Source: Felis catus
Taxonomy: Eukaryota
NCBI RefSeq assembly: GCF_018350175.1
Contig: NC_058384.1
Coordinates: forward strand, 6,014,001 to 6,078,000
Direction: 5' to 3'
DNA: 64,000 bases
Positions 23,938 through 36,879 of this stretch are shown here, piece after piece (positions within the stretch are counted from its first letter, which is position 1; each line of letters starts with the position of its first letter). The position numbers and the translations under genes are program-made. The notes under the pieces are model-generated. The model was not told where the DNA came from. It searched no databases and was given only the letters and a program-made list of their open reading frames with translations.

Positions 23938-25413
23938 AAGTTTATTTTCTAATGACATTGGGGCTCTGAGATTTAATGTATTTACAATAACGTGAATTTT
24001 ATTTTATTTTCTTATTTGTCTTATTTTCTTCGTCTTATTTTATTATTTGAATACATTGGTTTTGAAAATGTTAATCAAGTAAACCTGGAGAGAACCATCA
24101 AATGATAAGCTTTCATATGCATTCTAGAGCTGGAGAATTGTAGAGCTGCTGTTATGTACGCACACACTCACACTACTCCCTATCTTATGCGAGATAGGGA
24201 TACTTATCCTTCCCCATCAGCAGTTTTGTGTATTGACTTGTAAATTCACTTGTTCAAGTTAGTTACCTCTACAGTTTTCTGCGTGGTCAAGTCATCTGCA
24301 AAGAGTCACAGTTTTGCTTCTTCCTTTGCAATCTTTATGTCTTCAGCTAATTTTTCTGATCATTTCACTGGTTAGGAATTCCAGCACAATTTTGAGTAAA
24401 AGTGGTGAGAGTGGACTTTTGGTCTTATTTCTCATGTTATTTTACCACCACCATCATCATATTATGTGATAATCACTATTGTAGTTGTTGTGGGCTTTCT
24501 ATTGCTGCCTTTAATCAGATTGAGAAAGTTCCTTTCTTGTCCTGTTTTGCTGAGAGTTTTTATCATGAGTGGGTGTTCACTTTTTTCAAGAAGTTTTCCC
24601 ACATCTATTGAAATGACTATTTGACTTTTCCCTGTATTGTGTTAATATGGTGTATTACTTTAACGGCTGGAATATGTCCCATTTGGTCCTGATGTATAAT
24701 ATTTGATTTACCAGTTTTGATGTACCTTGTCAAGGATTGTGGGGTGTTTTTGCATTTTTATTGGTCTATAATTTTCATTTCATGTTTTAGTTTGATGGCT
24801 ATGCTGGACTCATAAAATAGGTTGGGAAGTATTCCCTTCTCAATTTTTGAAGGAATTTGCATAAGATAGGGTTTATTCCTAACTTAACATGTTTGGTAAA
24901 ATGCATCAGTGAAGCCATTTGGGTTGGGGCCTTTTTGGTGAGGTTTCTGATAATAAATACAATTTCATTAATAGGCATAGGACTATTCAGATTTTTTGTT
25001 TCATTTTGTGTCACTTTGGGAAAATTGTGATTTCTTAGGAATTTTTCCATTTAATCTAAGTTGTTGATATATTTGGAATAAAGTTGTTCTTAATATTCCC
25101 TTATTCTTTAAGTGTCTGTGGGATTTGTAATTATAATCCCCTATTCAATTCTGATGTTGGTAAATTGTGTTCTCCCTCTCATTTTTTTTCCTTTGATCAG
25201 TTTTACTAGGAGTTTATACATTTTATTGATCTTTTCAAGGAGCCAACTTTTTGCTTTGTTTTCTTTGACCTTTTCTATTTTACTGCTTTTGCTCATTATT
25301 ATTTTAATTTACTTGTCTTTTTTTCTGGCTTCTTAAGGTAAAATAGTATGTCATTGGTTTTAAATCTCTCTTTTTTTAAAAAATATAAGCACTTAAATCT
25401 ATGGATTTATCTT

Positions 25414-25632
25414 TTTAAAAATTTTTTTTAACGTTTATTTATTTTTGAGACAGAGAGAGACAGAGCATGAATGGGGGAGGGACAGAGAGAGAGGGAGACA
25501 CAGAATCGGAAGCAGGCTCCAGGCTCTGAGCCATCAGCCCAGAGCCCGACGTGGGGCTCAAACTCACGGACTGCGAGATCGTGACCTGAGCTGAAGTCGG
25601 ACACTTAACCGACTGAGCCACCCAGGTGCCCC
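25414..25632 (-). mobile_element. SINEC_Fc inserted in L1
   Basis: TSD TGGATTTATCTT at 25402-25413 and 25633-25644. Confidence 0.96.
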
Positions 25633-25955
25633 TGGATTTATCTTACATCACAGCTTAGTTTTGTCCTACAAGTTTTGATGAAATGTGTTTTCATTGTTAT
25701 TTAATGTAAAATGTTTTCTAACTTCCCTTGGGATTTGTTCTTTGAACCATGGGTTATTTAGAAGAAGGCTGCTTAATTTACAAATATATAGGGGTTTTTA
25801 GATATGTTAGTGTTTTGATTTCAGTTTAATGTTTGATTGTATTTACAGAAGATATTCTATAAAAGTTTCAGTCATCTGGAATTTTTTGTTATTTAAAAAA
25901 TTTTTTTTATGGTCCACCATATGGTCTATCTTGATTTTTCTGCTGTTGTGGGTGT

Positions 25956-25998
<43 letters not shown>

Positions 25999-26638
25999 AT
26001 GTCTGGTCAGGATGGGTGATAGTGAGTCATATCTTCTGTAACTTTACTGATTTTTTTCTTTAGTTCTATCAATTACTGAGAGAGAAGTAAAATCTCCCAA
26101 CTATGTGAATTTCTGTTTCTTTATTCTATTTTGCTTTATATATTTTGAAGCTCTGTTGTTAGATGCATCCAGATTTGTATCATCTTCTGGATATATTGCA
26201 TCTTTTATCCTTATGAAATGTCCATCTTTTTCTGTCTTGAAATTCAGTGTGTCTGATATTAATATAACCACTACAGACTTTCCTGATTAAAGTTTACATC
26301 TTCTATCTTTTTAAAATGTTATTTTACATTTAGCTTATCTGTGTGTTATATTTAAACTGTCTCTCTTGTAGATAGCATAGTTTTAGGTCTGGTTCTGTTT
26401 TTTTTTTTTTTCTCCTCTTTATCTCATTTGACAGTCTTTACCTTTTAATTGGGGGTGTTTAGACCATACATATTTGTTAATGTAATTATTGATATGATTG
26501 AATTTAGGTCTACTGTTTTTTTATTTATTCTCTATTTGTCCTATTTAAAAATTTTTTTCTCTGTTCATATATAGGTATATTTTTGCCTTCTATTGGGTTG
26601 ATTGAATTTTTTTTAGTATTTCATCTAAATCCCTCTGT

Positions 26639-26885
26639 CAGTGTGCATTCTCAGTGGAGGGGAGGATATCTCCCCCAAGGGGGTAATCATTGGTTCTGGG
26701 GGAGGGTGCAAAAAACTCAGATATTTATAGTCATTTGTGCCTTTCAAGTGGGACACATTATATAAACATATACAGCATATCTGTGGCATTAAAATTTCAT
26801 GTGGGAGGCTAGAGTGGTTAGGGAAAAAAAAAAGACTAAAAAGGCTTGTTAGGTGGGCCATAATGGAAAAAACTGAACTTCTCTG
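26639..26885 (+). mobile_element. hAT-Charlie MITE (Charlie4z/MER112-like; exact name uncertain)
   Basis: CAGTGTGCATTCTC...GATATCTCCCCCAAGGGGG...ATCTGTGGCATTAAAATTTCATG...ATAATGGAAAAAA. Confidence 0.6.
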
Positions 26886-26917
26886 TAATCTTACATTACT
26901 TAATGGTTATTGTAGGG

Positions 26918-27135
26918 CAGTGGTTTTCAGCCAGGGTTATTTTACTCCCCTGGGGACATTTGACAATGTCTGGAGACATTTTTGGTTGTCATGACTTGGG
27001 GTGGGTGTGCTATTGGCATCTAGTAGGTAGAGGCCAGGGATGTTGCTAAGTGTTCTGTAATGTATAGGACAGTTTTCCCCAAACAGAAAATCTTCTACTC
27101 CAAAATGTCACTAGTGCTGAGGTTGAGAAACCCTG
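26918..27135 (+). mobile_element. MER20 (hAT-Charlie)
   Basis: CAGTGGTTTTCA...GGGGACATTTGACAATGTCTGGAGACATTTTTGGTTGTCA...GAGGTTGAGAAACCCTG; 8-bp TSD-like TTGTAGGG/CTGTTGGG. Confidence 0.9.
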
Positions 27136-27239
27136 CTGTTGGGATTATAATATGCATTCCTAATTTATCACATTATATACTGGGTTAATATTTTACTGCA
27201 TTATGTAAAATAGAACACCCTTGAAATACTGTAGTTACA

Positions 27240-27472
27240 GGGCGCCTGGGTGGCACTGTCGGTTAAGCGTCTGACTTCAGCCAGGTCACGATCTCGCGGT
27301 TCGTGAGTTCGAGCCCCGCGTCAGGCTCTGGGCTGATGGCTCAGAGCCTGGAGCCTGCTTCCGATTCTGTGTCTCCCTCTCTCTCTGCCCCTCCCCCTTC
27401 ATGCTCTGTCTCTCTCTGTCCCCCCAAAAATAAATAAACGTTGAAAAAAAAATTTAAAAAAAAAAAAAGAAA
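27240..27472 (+). mobile_element. Young SINEC_Fc with 17-bp TSD
   Basis: TSD GAAATACTGTAGTTACA at 27223-27239 and 27473-27489. Confidence 0.97.
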
Positions 27473-27795
27473 GAAATACTGTAGTTACATTTACCTCTCC
27501 TCTGAGTGCCTTGTGCTGCTGTATCTCATATATAGCAGATATAAATATGTTGTAAACCATGTGATACAATGTTTGAATTTTTGTTTTATGTCCTTTTTAT
27601 GTCTTTTAAAGAAGAGCAGGATAAATATAGTCTTTTATATGTACTTAATTTGCAGTGTTTCTTTCTTTCTATAGATTTGAGTTTCTGTCTGATATTATTT
27701 TCCTTTAGCTTGAAGAGCTTTCTTCAGCATTTCTTTTAGAGCAAATCTGTTGGTGAACAGTACACTCATATTTTTGTTTATTTTAAAATATTTTC

Positions 27796-28013
27796 GGGGC
27801 ACCTGGATGGCTCAGTCGGTTGAGCTTCCGACTTTGGCTCAGGTCATGATCTCACAGTCTGTGAGTTCGAGCCCCACGTCGGGCTCTGTGCTGACAGCTC
27901 AGAGCCTGGAGCCTGTTTCGGATTCTGTGTCTCCCTCTCTCTCTGACCCTCCCCCATTCATGCTCTGTATCTCTCTGTCTCAAAAATAAATAAACATTAA
28001 AAAAATTTTTTTT
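27796..28013 (+). mobile_element. SINEC_Fc
   Basis: Full-length; TSD AATATTTTC. Confidence 0.95.
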
Positions 28014-28618
28014 AATATTTTCATTTCTGTTTTATTTTTGAAGGATTTTTTTATTGTATATAGAATTATGATTTGTGAGTTTGTTTCTTTCCTCACTTTA
28101 AAGATGTCTTTTCATTTTCTTCTACTTTCCCTTGTTTCTGATAAGTCAGCTCTTACGTTGTGTTGTTACCTGTATACAACATACCATTTTCTGTGACTAC
28201 CTGCGAGATTTTTCTAGCTTTGATTTCAGCACTTTGATGATGTGCCTAGGTGTTTTCTTTGTATGTATCCTATTTTGGATTTACTGGATTTTTGTTGTTT
28301 TTCATCTGTAAATATATGTTTTTACCAAACTTGGGAAGTTGCATTGGCCATTATTTCTAAAGAACATTTTCTATGCTGTTCTCTGGAATAGTTGTTTTTT
28401 ATATTTTATACAGAGTTTATAATTTTATGTATGGCAAAATTAGTCTAAGTCACCCTACAACTACTGGAAGTGGAACTCTGATAGGTATATATGTTTTAAT
28501 GTGTGGATATACAAATTTGTTAAAGTTTTACCATTCACTTAGTTTTGTTATTGCTCATAACAAATTATGTGGAGTAGAAATTTCATCTACATTGATATTT
28601 GAGGAAGCTGATGATTTC

Positions 28619-28836
28619 TGTTTTTGAATTAAAAATTTTTTTTTAAGTTTTATTTATTTTGAGAGAGAGAGCATGAGCAGGGGAGGGGCAGAGAGAGAGA
28701 GAGAGAGCATCTCAAGCAGGCTCCACACTGTCAGCACAGAGCCTGATATAGGGCTTGAACTCACGAACTGTGAGATCATGATCTGAGCTGAAATCAAGAG
28801 TTGGACTCTTAACCGACTGAGCCACCTAGGCACCTC
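28619..28836 (-). mobile_element. SINEC (older feliform subfamily)
   Basis: TSD-like GAAGCTGATGATTTC/GAAACTGATGGTTTC. Confidence 0.93.
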
Positions 28837-29817
28837 AGAAACTGATGGTTTCAACCAGCTGAGTTGGAAACATAGAAATACCTGGAAACATAGCTGAACC
28901 TTTTTTTCCCAACTGAATTTATAGAATTTTAAACTAAAAGAGACTTTAGAAGTCACCTAGTCTTATATCCATTTATCTTTACAGAAAACAAGTCATTTTT
29001 TGAGTTGGGGCTTAGCCCGGACCAGTAGCTGAAATTTCTTTATTGCCAATTTTATGATGCTTCATCTTTTGTTTCTTTCTTGACACTCAGACGTGTTTTG
29101 GAGTTCTTTTTTAAAAAGTCTGTTATTAGTATGTGCTGAGAGAGGGGCTCAGAACAGTTGCACAGGAGGAGAGTTTAAAACCCTGTGAGAATGGAAAAAG
29201 GGGAGTATCTTACATCTGGTGGAATCCTTATGCCATTTGAGTGGTATCACTTACCTCTCTGTGTCCCAGTGGGGACTACAGGGAAGCTGTATCTCTAGAA
29301 CTTACTGTGTTACCTCCTTGGAGAAACTATTTTTATATTCTTTGACATGGATAAACTTTCTTTAATTATCTGTTCACATTCTGTAATCAATTGCGTTATC
29401 TTACTGGTATGATTAACCGTGCACATACCAGTGTGCTTTCTTTTATGTATGTTGATGCTTAACGCCAGTTTTTCTACTTTTTTTCCCCTGCATCCTTGTC
29501 AATAAAAATGTTCTAAGTATTTCAAATATAAATTCTAATATAATCTCAGATTTTTTTCCCAGATCACAGTCTTACAAAGTTGGAATGATTTCTCTTGTCT
29601 GTGTATTACATCACTTTGCTCCCTTGTGGCTTTATATTGACTAGTTGTCACATAGACCCTTTATTTCTCTTTGTCTGTTGTCAACTCCCCTGAGGGCAGG
29701 AACTGTGTCTAATACAACTACATTTTGCATATCGGTTCTGCGAGTACTTTGAATGTGGGAGGCTCTTAGTCTTTGAGTGAATGAGGAAGAAAACAGTCTT
29801 TAGAAGTTCCTGTAGCT

Positions 29818-29943
29818 GGGGCACCTGGGTGGCTCAGTTGGTTAAGTGTTCAACTCTTGGTTTTGGATCAGGTCATGATCTCATGGTTTGTGAGTTCGGG
29901 CCCCATGTTGGACTCTGCACTGACAGTGCGAAGCCCACTTGGG

Positions 29944-29978
<35 letters not shown>

Positions 29979-30030
29979 TCCTCCCCTGTGCGCTCTCTCT
30001 CTTAAAATAAATAAATACATTTAAATAAGA
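29818..30030 (+). mobile_element. SINEC with (CT)n
   Basis: GGGGCACCTGGGTGGCTCAG head, (CT)n body, AATAAA tail. Confidence 0.93.
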
Positions 30031-30689
30031 AAAGGTCCAGTAACAGTGTGTCACAGATTGCAGGGCAAGGAACTAGAATTGGGACAGCTGGGGCAAGTCA
30101 GGAAACACAAAATAGATCACAATTATGAAAGCAGCCTATAATCTAGGATAGGGTTTTGGTAAGGGCGGGGCTGGCATTCTAGATCAGGTTGTATATCTGT
30201 CAAGTTGTTTGTAGGAAAATGGAGCTAATAGGGTAGGAGTTGCTAGAACTGACTGAATGACTGTTCTATGCACAGGACTCTGATAGTCCCAGAATGGTTT
30301 AGCATATAAGATGCCTAAATCAGGGAAGTGAGAACAGAGTATGGTCATAGTTCTGGAACACTTACCCATATTTTACTCTTAGAACCACAAAGTACTTCTG
30401 AGTTCATGATTCTTCCGGCCTGGAAGAATCTTTGGTACTGTGTTGCTGATGGATCATTGATCTCCGATATTGTGGGTAACTAAAATCTCACTGTATAGGA
30501 CGTAACTGTTTGATTATTTAACAGCTGTGAGTAGTGGGGGTCTTTGTTTTGCCCTCCTGAGCAATCTAGAACAAGTTCTGTTTTCCGTGAGACAGGCCTT
30601 CCAATATTTCAGGATTGCTGTGACACCTTCCCTAAAATGTTTTTAAGCAAACTGTTCTTTTCTTTTAACTTGTTCATTCTCTGACATGT

Positions 30690-30880
30690 TTCTAGCCCTC
30701 ACACATAATTTTGGTGTCCTGCTGTGGAAATATCTCAGTTTGTCACTGTCTTTCTTAAAATGTGGTCGCCAGAGTGAACCTAATACTGCAGGTGTGGTCA
30801 GTGCAGCGAAGAGCACAGCAGGACTGTTCCCCACAGCACGGCACGGGAGGGCCGGATTGCCCTCCAAGGCCACAGCTGGG
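30690..30880 (-). mobile_element. L3/CR1 LINE fragment
   Basis: Minus-strand translation LWRPHFKKDSDKLRYFHSRTPK resembles CR1 ORF2 FWSPHYKKDIDKLERVQRRATK. Confidence 0.7.
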
Positions 30881-30891
30881 TTTTCAGTTTT

Positions 30892-30919
30892 AATTTTTTT
30901 TAAGTTTTTATTTACTTAC

Positions 30920-30965
<46 letters not shown>

Positions 30966-31092
30966 CTCAAGCAGGCTCTGCACTCTCAGTGCAGAGCCCG
31001 ACTCTGGGCTTGAATTCAGCAAACCCTGAGATCATGACCTCAGCTGAAACCAAGAGTCGGACACTTAACTGACTGAGCCACCCAGGCACCTC
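30892..31092 (-). mobile_element. SINEC with (AG)21
   Basis: Antisense SINEC; (AG)21 at 30921-30962. Confidence 0.93.
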
Positions 31093-31402
31093 TTTAGTTT
31101 TAACTTTTAAAGGAACTTTTATTATGTTTTGTTTATGCAGACCATTTACATATGCCAGTTTGTCGTCCACATGTTACCAATTTTCATTCCTGTCACTAGT
31201 ATGTAAAAGTTTCTGCTTTCTCTTGCCATAATTATCACTTGTATTATCTTTTTAATTTTAGCCATCATATTGCTGTTTTATTTTGCGTTTATTTGTTACG
31301 CTGAGGCTTAACTTTGTTGTTAATGCTTTTAGCCATTTTTTCTTCAAATGAATTACTTGTTTCTTATCCTTAATCAATTTTATGGTATGAGGCTTATGTC
31401 TT

Positions 31403-31624
31403 CTTTATTAAAATTTTTTTTTAACGTTTATTTATTTTTGAGAGAGAGAGTGAGACAGAGCATGAGAGGGGGAGGGCCAGAGAGAGGGAGACACAGAATC
31501 CAAAGCAGGCTACGGGCTCTGAACTGTCAGCACAGAGCCTGACGTGGGGCTCAGACCACGGACTGTGAGAATATGACCTGAACCCAAGTCGGACGCCCAA
31601 CTGACTGAGCCACCCAGGTGCCCC
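31403..31624 (-). mobile_element. SINEC_Fc with 17-bp TSD
   Basis: TSD TATGAGGCTTATGTCTT at 31386-31402 and 31625-31641. Confidence 0.96.
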
Positions 31625-32399
31625 TATGAGGCTTATGTCTTTAGTCAATTTTATAAATTTGATATGTTCTTATTATTTGTAAGAGCTTTTTATGTATTCA
31701 GAATACCATTATTTTATTTATCAATTTGTTGTTACAAATATTTTCCTGGTTTGAGTATATCTTTTAACTCTATGATTTTGTCACGTATAAGTTTTTAATT
31801 GTTACATAGTTTAGTATATCAGACTTTTCCCTTCCGAGGAGGCCATTGAGGTCACACTTAGATACTCTTGCCCTGTTTTCTTCGAGCATCGTTATGGTTA
31901 AAACAATTTGTATTATCTACATAATACGTTAGTTCCTCTTGTAAAAGGTCCAAGTAGTATGTAATAGAGTATGATATGGTTCCTCCACTCCCAATTTCCT
32001 TCTTAGAAATAACCGCCGTCAAGTGTGATGTCCTGCTATAAAGCCAACATTTTTCTGAAAACAGGTAAGAATGAGAAAGATACATGTCAAACTATGGGTA
32101 GTATTTGTCTCTTGTCAGGAGATTGGAATTCAAGAGATTAGGTGGGGGACAGGAAGAGGGATAATTAAAGAAATGAGACTTTTACACTTTATTCTGTATA
32201 AACATTTGGATCTTTTATCTCACTTTGCGTAAATGACATCATAATCACTTAACAGTATGTCTTAGAGATTTGTCTACGCCCTTGCAACATGGTCACTCAG
32301 AAAATTTGAAAAAATGACCAAGTTGATGTAACTTGCTTTTAGTGAATCTGTTCTTCTCATCCATCTACTTTTCTCATTTTTAAGTACGCAGGTACTGTC

Positions 32400-32840
32400 A
32401 GTTTAGCCCAATGGTCAAGAGGATGGAATTTAACTTCAGATCTTGGCTTTGCCATTTACTAGTGACTATGGGCAGAAATCTTTTTTTTTTTTTTTTTTTC
32501 AACGTTTATTTATTTTTGGGACAGAGAGAGACAGAGCATGAACGGGGGAGGGGCAGAGAGAGAGGGAGACACAGAATCGGAAACAGGCTCCAGGCTCTGA
32601 GCCATCAGCCCAGAGCCCGACGCGGGGCTCGAACTCACGGACCGCGAGATCGTGACCTGGCTGAAGTCGGACGCTTAACTGACTGCGCCACCCAGGCACC
32701 CCCAGAAATCTTAATATGCCTTAAATTTCTCATGTGTAAAATGGTGCTGATAATAAATGGTTTAAGACTCCGAGATCATAATGTTTGATTAGCTCTTATC
32801 CCAGTGCATGGGACATACTAAATAATTAATAGACAGTAGC
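32400..32840 (+). mobile_element. MIR interrupted by a SINEC
   Basis: TGGCTTTGCCATTTACTAGTGACTATGGGCA | TTTCTCATGTGTAAAATGGTGCTGATAATA. Confidence 0.65.
32481..32702 (-). mobile_element. Young SINEC_Fc
   Basis: CpG-intact copy, pure T tail, TSD CAGAAATCTT. Confidence 0.97.
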
Positions 32841-34209
32841 GGTTATTTAATAATCTGTTATAGGTCCTAATGCTGAATTTCACATCACATTTAGTAATTG
32901 TTAGTGTTTAGGCTCATCTATTGTTTTCCTCTGTAAAAACAATAAAGATACTTGCCCTTTTCAGGGTTTTTTTTTTTTTTTTTTTTTTTTTAATCCCTTC
33001 TGGTGCTCTGCATTTCTTAGAGATAATTGATGCTAACTGGAACTCAGAGTGGTAAGTCACTTAGTGTCTTCTCAGCACCTCTGGGCATCAATGTTTGCAT
33101 TATGATGGTTCTCTCTTGAGAAGACAAGTGTAAAAGAGGAGTTAATCAGTATTCCTTTCCTGTTGCCCGGCCTGAGTGCTATACTCTCTTCCTCTGGCTT
33201 CATCTTTTGTAATTTTGAAATTCGCGTTGGCCTGTAACTATGTTTTCCAATTCATTGAGGATTACGAGTTCTGTTCTCTGTATTTGTTCTTCGTTATGCT
33301 TGTCTTTCCCAACACTTTTTCTGATGTTGAGTGAAGTAGCGCTTAAAGCAACAAGTACATACATTTTTTTCTTCCTCACTCAGGGTTGGGTAAGGTCAAA
33401 TGATAATGATATTTTAATCTTGTGCTTGAATTTTATGACTAAAACTGCTTGCCATATAAGAACACTAACTTTGTTATCTTAATGGTTGGACGCGAAGACG
33501 TTTCTATCCAGAATTCATCGATCAAGAAATAGAACTTAAGTGTATTTTTTAGCTTTATAATATCAAGCAATACAAAAACTGAAAATGAAAATAACAGTAA
33601 TAAGAATTGGGAAGAAGGTTGAAGGGGAACTCAGTTTTTCACCTTCATAGTGGGAAGTCAGTTGATGTGGTTACAGGTGATAAATCAAGAGACAGAGGCA
33701 TAATACCGAAAATATTAAAAGTGGCTATTGTTGTGAAGTGGAATAGAGAGTGAGGCTGTGTGTGCACGCACGTGTGTGCATGTGTGTGCCTGTGCAGGGG
33801 AATGGTGGAAGAGATTCTTTCTTATGCTATTGAACTATTGTTGCTTGGTGTATGTGTCCATTAACAATAATAAATTATACCTTGCATGATCCCAATTGCT
33901 GAAAATAAAATACAGTTTTGTATATCAATGTATGTTTAAAAAATTGATTGGAAGGAACTATACCAAATATGATCTCTTGGTAGTGAGTTTTTTTTCCTTC
34001 ATTATATTTTTCTGTATTCTGTGAGATTTCTAAAGTGAATATCTTACTTTGATAGTTTAGAAGAGCATTATTGAAGGAAAACGATCTAGGACCTCCTGGA
34101 TTTAATTTGTCACTTGGCATCAGTATGCTGTTTTTTATTTAGACAAGTACTGTAACTTTTTTTTTTTAATTAAAGGAATTGTACACCATATTCTCTAAAT
34201 GTTTGTAAA

Positions 34210-34695
34210 TGTATTAGTAAGGCAGGCATTCTGCTAAAAATAACAGAAAACCCAGCCAACAGTAACAAAACAAAGACTGGTTTATTTTTTTCACTTAAGA
34301 AGGGTAAAGGTGAGCAGTTCCTAGTTGCTTAGCAAATAAAGATGAAATCATCAGAGATTCAAGCTCTCTCTGCTGCTTCACCTTTGGCTTGTTGGCTTTT
34401 CGTGCTACAGTTGTTGCTGTAAGGTTTCAAGATGGCTGTGCTAACAAGCATTACATTTCTGTTTAGGGAAGACGGATGCGAGTGTCAGCCACACTGTCCC
34501 TTTTATTAGGAAACTAGCAGCTTTCTCAGAGCTCACTATCAGACTTCCTTTTATGTTGTGGTGCCCAGAACTGGGTTATGTGTCCCCATAGCTGCGAAAA
34601 GCTAGTATCTGTCTTTCAGTCTGTGTAGGGGGAGGTGACAAGGGTGAGGGGGACTGGGAGTTGACTCTGCGTTAGCCAACAGTGTCTTCCACCAC
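34210..34695 (-). mobile_element. MLT1 (ERVL-MaLR) solo LTR
   Basis: TGTATTAGT...TAACAGAAAACCC start; TCAAGATGGCTG and CAGACTTCC...CCAGAACTGGGTTATGTG motifs. Confidence 0.6.
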
Positions 34696-35342
34696 GAGTT
34701 GTGATTATACAGTTACAGTGCGTGTACTTGAGTTCCCAGACAGATTTCTAGGAGAGACAGCAGCCTTCCTAGAGGTTAGACTGAGGATTTGGCATATGAG
34801 CATTCTCTAAAATGCACCCCTGTGGAGATTATTCTCAAATGGGGCCATTTTGTCTGATTTTGGGAGTACTAGTCTTGTGCTCCTTTTTGTCTTTTGAGAT
34901 GATTGTGAGTTAGGGAGTAGGTCGGTAAAATGCTCCCCAGTTTGACTTTATTTTTCTTATAAATTCCAAATTTCAGTTTCTATCCAGGATTCTAAGGATT
35001 GTGAGTTTTTAGTGTATCAGGTACATTATGTAAGATTTTCATTTTTGTTTTTAAGTCTTTGAGTATGCAATGAAACTGGTAGTCACAGGTTTTATAGCTG
35101 ATGATTTCAGCTCTCCCAACCCAAATAGTACTGGGTCAGCCCCAAATACCCAGATTACACTGGTCAAGATATTAGGTCTTACATTTACTTGGGTTTTTCC
35201 CATGACGTGTATTGTAATGGGTATTACCCCTTATTTTCTTATTCCTTTGTCACGGACTTATTAAAAAATTTTTTCAAAATACAGATGTGTACAGTTGCCA
35301 TTGTGATGTTTATGGGTTTCAGCATTAAAATGGTGCTGAGTA

Positions 35343-35553
35343 CTCTTAAATGTAGAGAACAAACTGAAGGTTGCTGGAGGGATTGTGGGTAGGGGATGGG
35401 CTAAATGGGCAAGGGGCATTAAGGAGGACACTTGTTGGGATGAGCACTGGGTGTTATATGTAGGGGTATAATGACTTCAGGAATCTACTGTAATTGTACT
35501 ATATGCTAACTAACTTGGATGTAAATGAAAAAAAAAATGAAATAAAAAAATAA
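35343..35553 (+). mobile_element. 5'-truncated carnivore L1 3' end with 16-bp TSD
   Basis: GAGAACAAACTGAAGGTTGCTGGAGGG...GATGAGCACTGGGTGTTATATGTA plus A tail; TSD AAAATGGTGCTGAGTA at 35327-35342 and 35554-35569. Confidence 0.92.
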
Positions 35554-35924
35554 AAAATGGTGCTGAGTAAAATGTGTTACTATCAAATTAGACTTATTTA
35601 TAAAAGTTTAGGATTTAATAGTAGTGTTTATCAATGAATTGGTAAACTTTAACCTTAGGTTTGTCTTACCAGTAAACCAGGGATATTTATTTAGTCCTAA
35701 CCCATTTTTTTCTTAGTCCAAAAAGATATTACTCACTTTTGCTCTTGCGGAGTGAAAAATTGTCCTTGACACGGAAATGATCATACTCATTTCTAGTACT
35801 TGGATAAACTGATGTCTTTATTTGATTAGAGAGACATGTGTGCTGGAGACTGGGGAGAGGATATAAAGATGAAGAAACAGGTCACCTGTCCTCATGGAGT
35901 CCAGAGTGTCAGTGGGGGTAAAAG

Positions 35925-36075
35925 GTGAATTTCCTCATCTGTGAAGTGGGGATAATGCCCGTTCTTACCTACCTCTTGATGGTTGTTGTGAGGCTTGAGT
36001 GAGGGAAATCATGTGAAAGGTGTAGAATTATACTGGTAAGTGCTCCAGAAGTGTTAGCTGCGATTACTGTTATTA
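35925..36075 (+). mobile_element. MIR 3' half
   Basis: TTTCCTCATCTGTGAAGTGGGGATAATG...GGTTGTTGTGAGG. Confidence 0.75.
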
Positions 36076-36291
36076 TCACAAAACAGAGATTTGCACAGAG
36101 TGCTTTGGGAGCGCAGACTAGGTAGGGATTGAGTTTCTGGAAAGGTTGGGGAAATGTCAGATTTTTACCTGCCCTCAATGCCTTGTTCATCTTTGCCACT
36201 CTAATGCCTACTGCCTGGTAAGCCCTCAAAAACTGCTGATGAATGAATTGATCAGAGAATGAGAATACACTTACATGGGTGGAATTTTCTT

Positions 36292-36567
36292 TTTCTTTTT
36301 TTTTTTTTTTTTAAACAATTTCTTTTTTTTTTTTTATTTTTTTTTTATTTTTTATTTTTTTAACGTTTATTTATTTTTGAGACAGAGGGAGGCAGAGCAG
36401 GAATGGGGGAGGGTCAGAGAGAGAGGGAGACACAGAATCGGAAGCAGGCTCCAGGCTCTGGGCCATCATCAGCCCAGAGCCCGACGCGGGGCTCGAACTC
36501 ACGGACCGTGAGATCATGACCTGAGCTGAAGTCGGACGCTTAACCGACTGAGCCACCCAGGCGCCCC
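36292..36567 (-). mobile_element. SINEC_Fc with very long tail and 16-bp TSD
   Basis: TSD TGGGTGGAATTTTCTT at 36276-36291 and 36568-36583. Confidence 0.97.
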
Positions 36568-36879
36568 TGGGTGGAATTTTCTTAAAGCATCTTAAAGTAG
36601 ATACAAAATTGTAAAATACGAAAATGTGATACTAAAATTTCCATGCCTGACTTAATCCTGGGATAGAATTTAGAATATTTTTTCGAGTAAGTAAATAATA
36701 GAAAGTAATTTCAGACATAGAAAAGCTATTACTTTCAACCAGGCTTTTGAAACAAGCTGGGTTTTCAGACAGTCTAAGAATATTTTCTAGCAAGGACTTA
36801 GGATACAGGTGTCTTTCGCTGCGGGGTCCAGCTTTGTCCATATATTTTGGCAGTATCGTGTTGTTTTAGATCTGTTTTG

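Larger units (their letters stand above)
24270..28380 (-). mobile_element. Old L1M (ORF2/ORF1 region) fragmented by later insertions
   Basis: ORF 24799-25050 (-) MEKFLRNHNFPKVTQNETKNLNSPMPINEIVFIIRNL resembles L1 ORF2p [37 protein letters not shown]; antisense L1 text continues on both sides. Confidence 0.85.

Noticed and set aside
24799-25050. 83-aa ORF with protein-like sequence
   Set aside because: Decayed L1 ORF2 fragment, not a host gene
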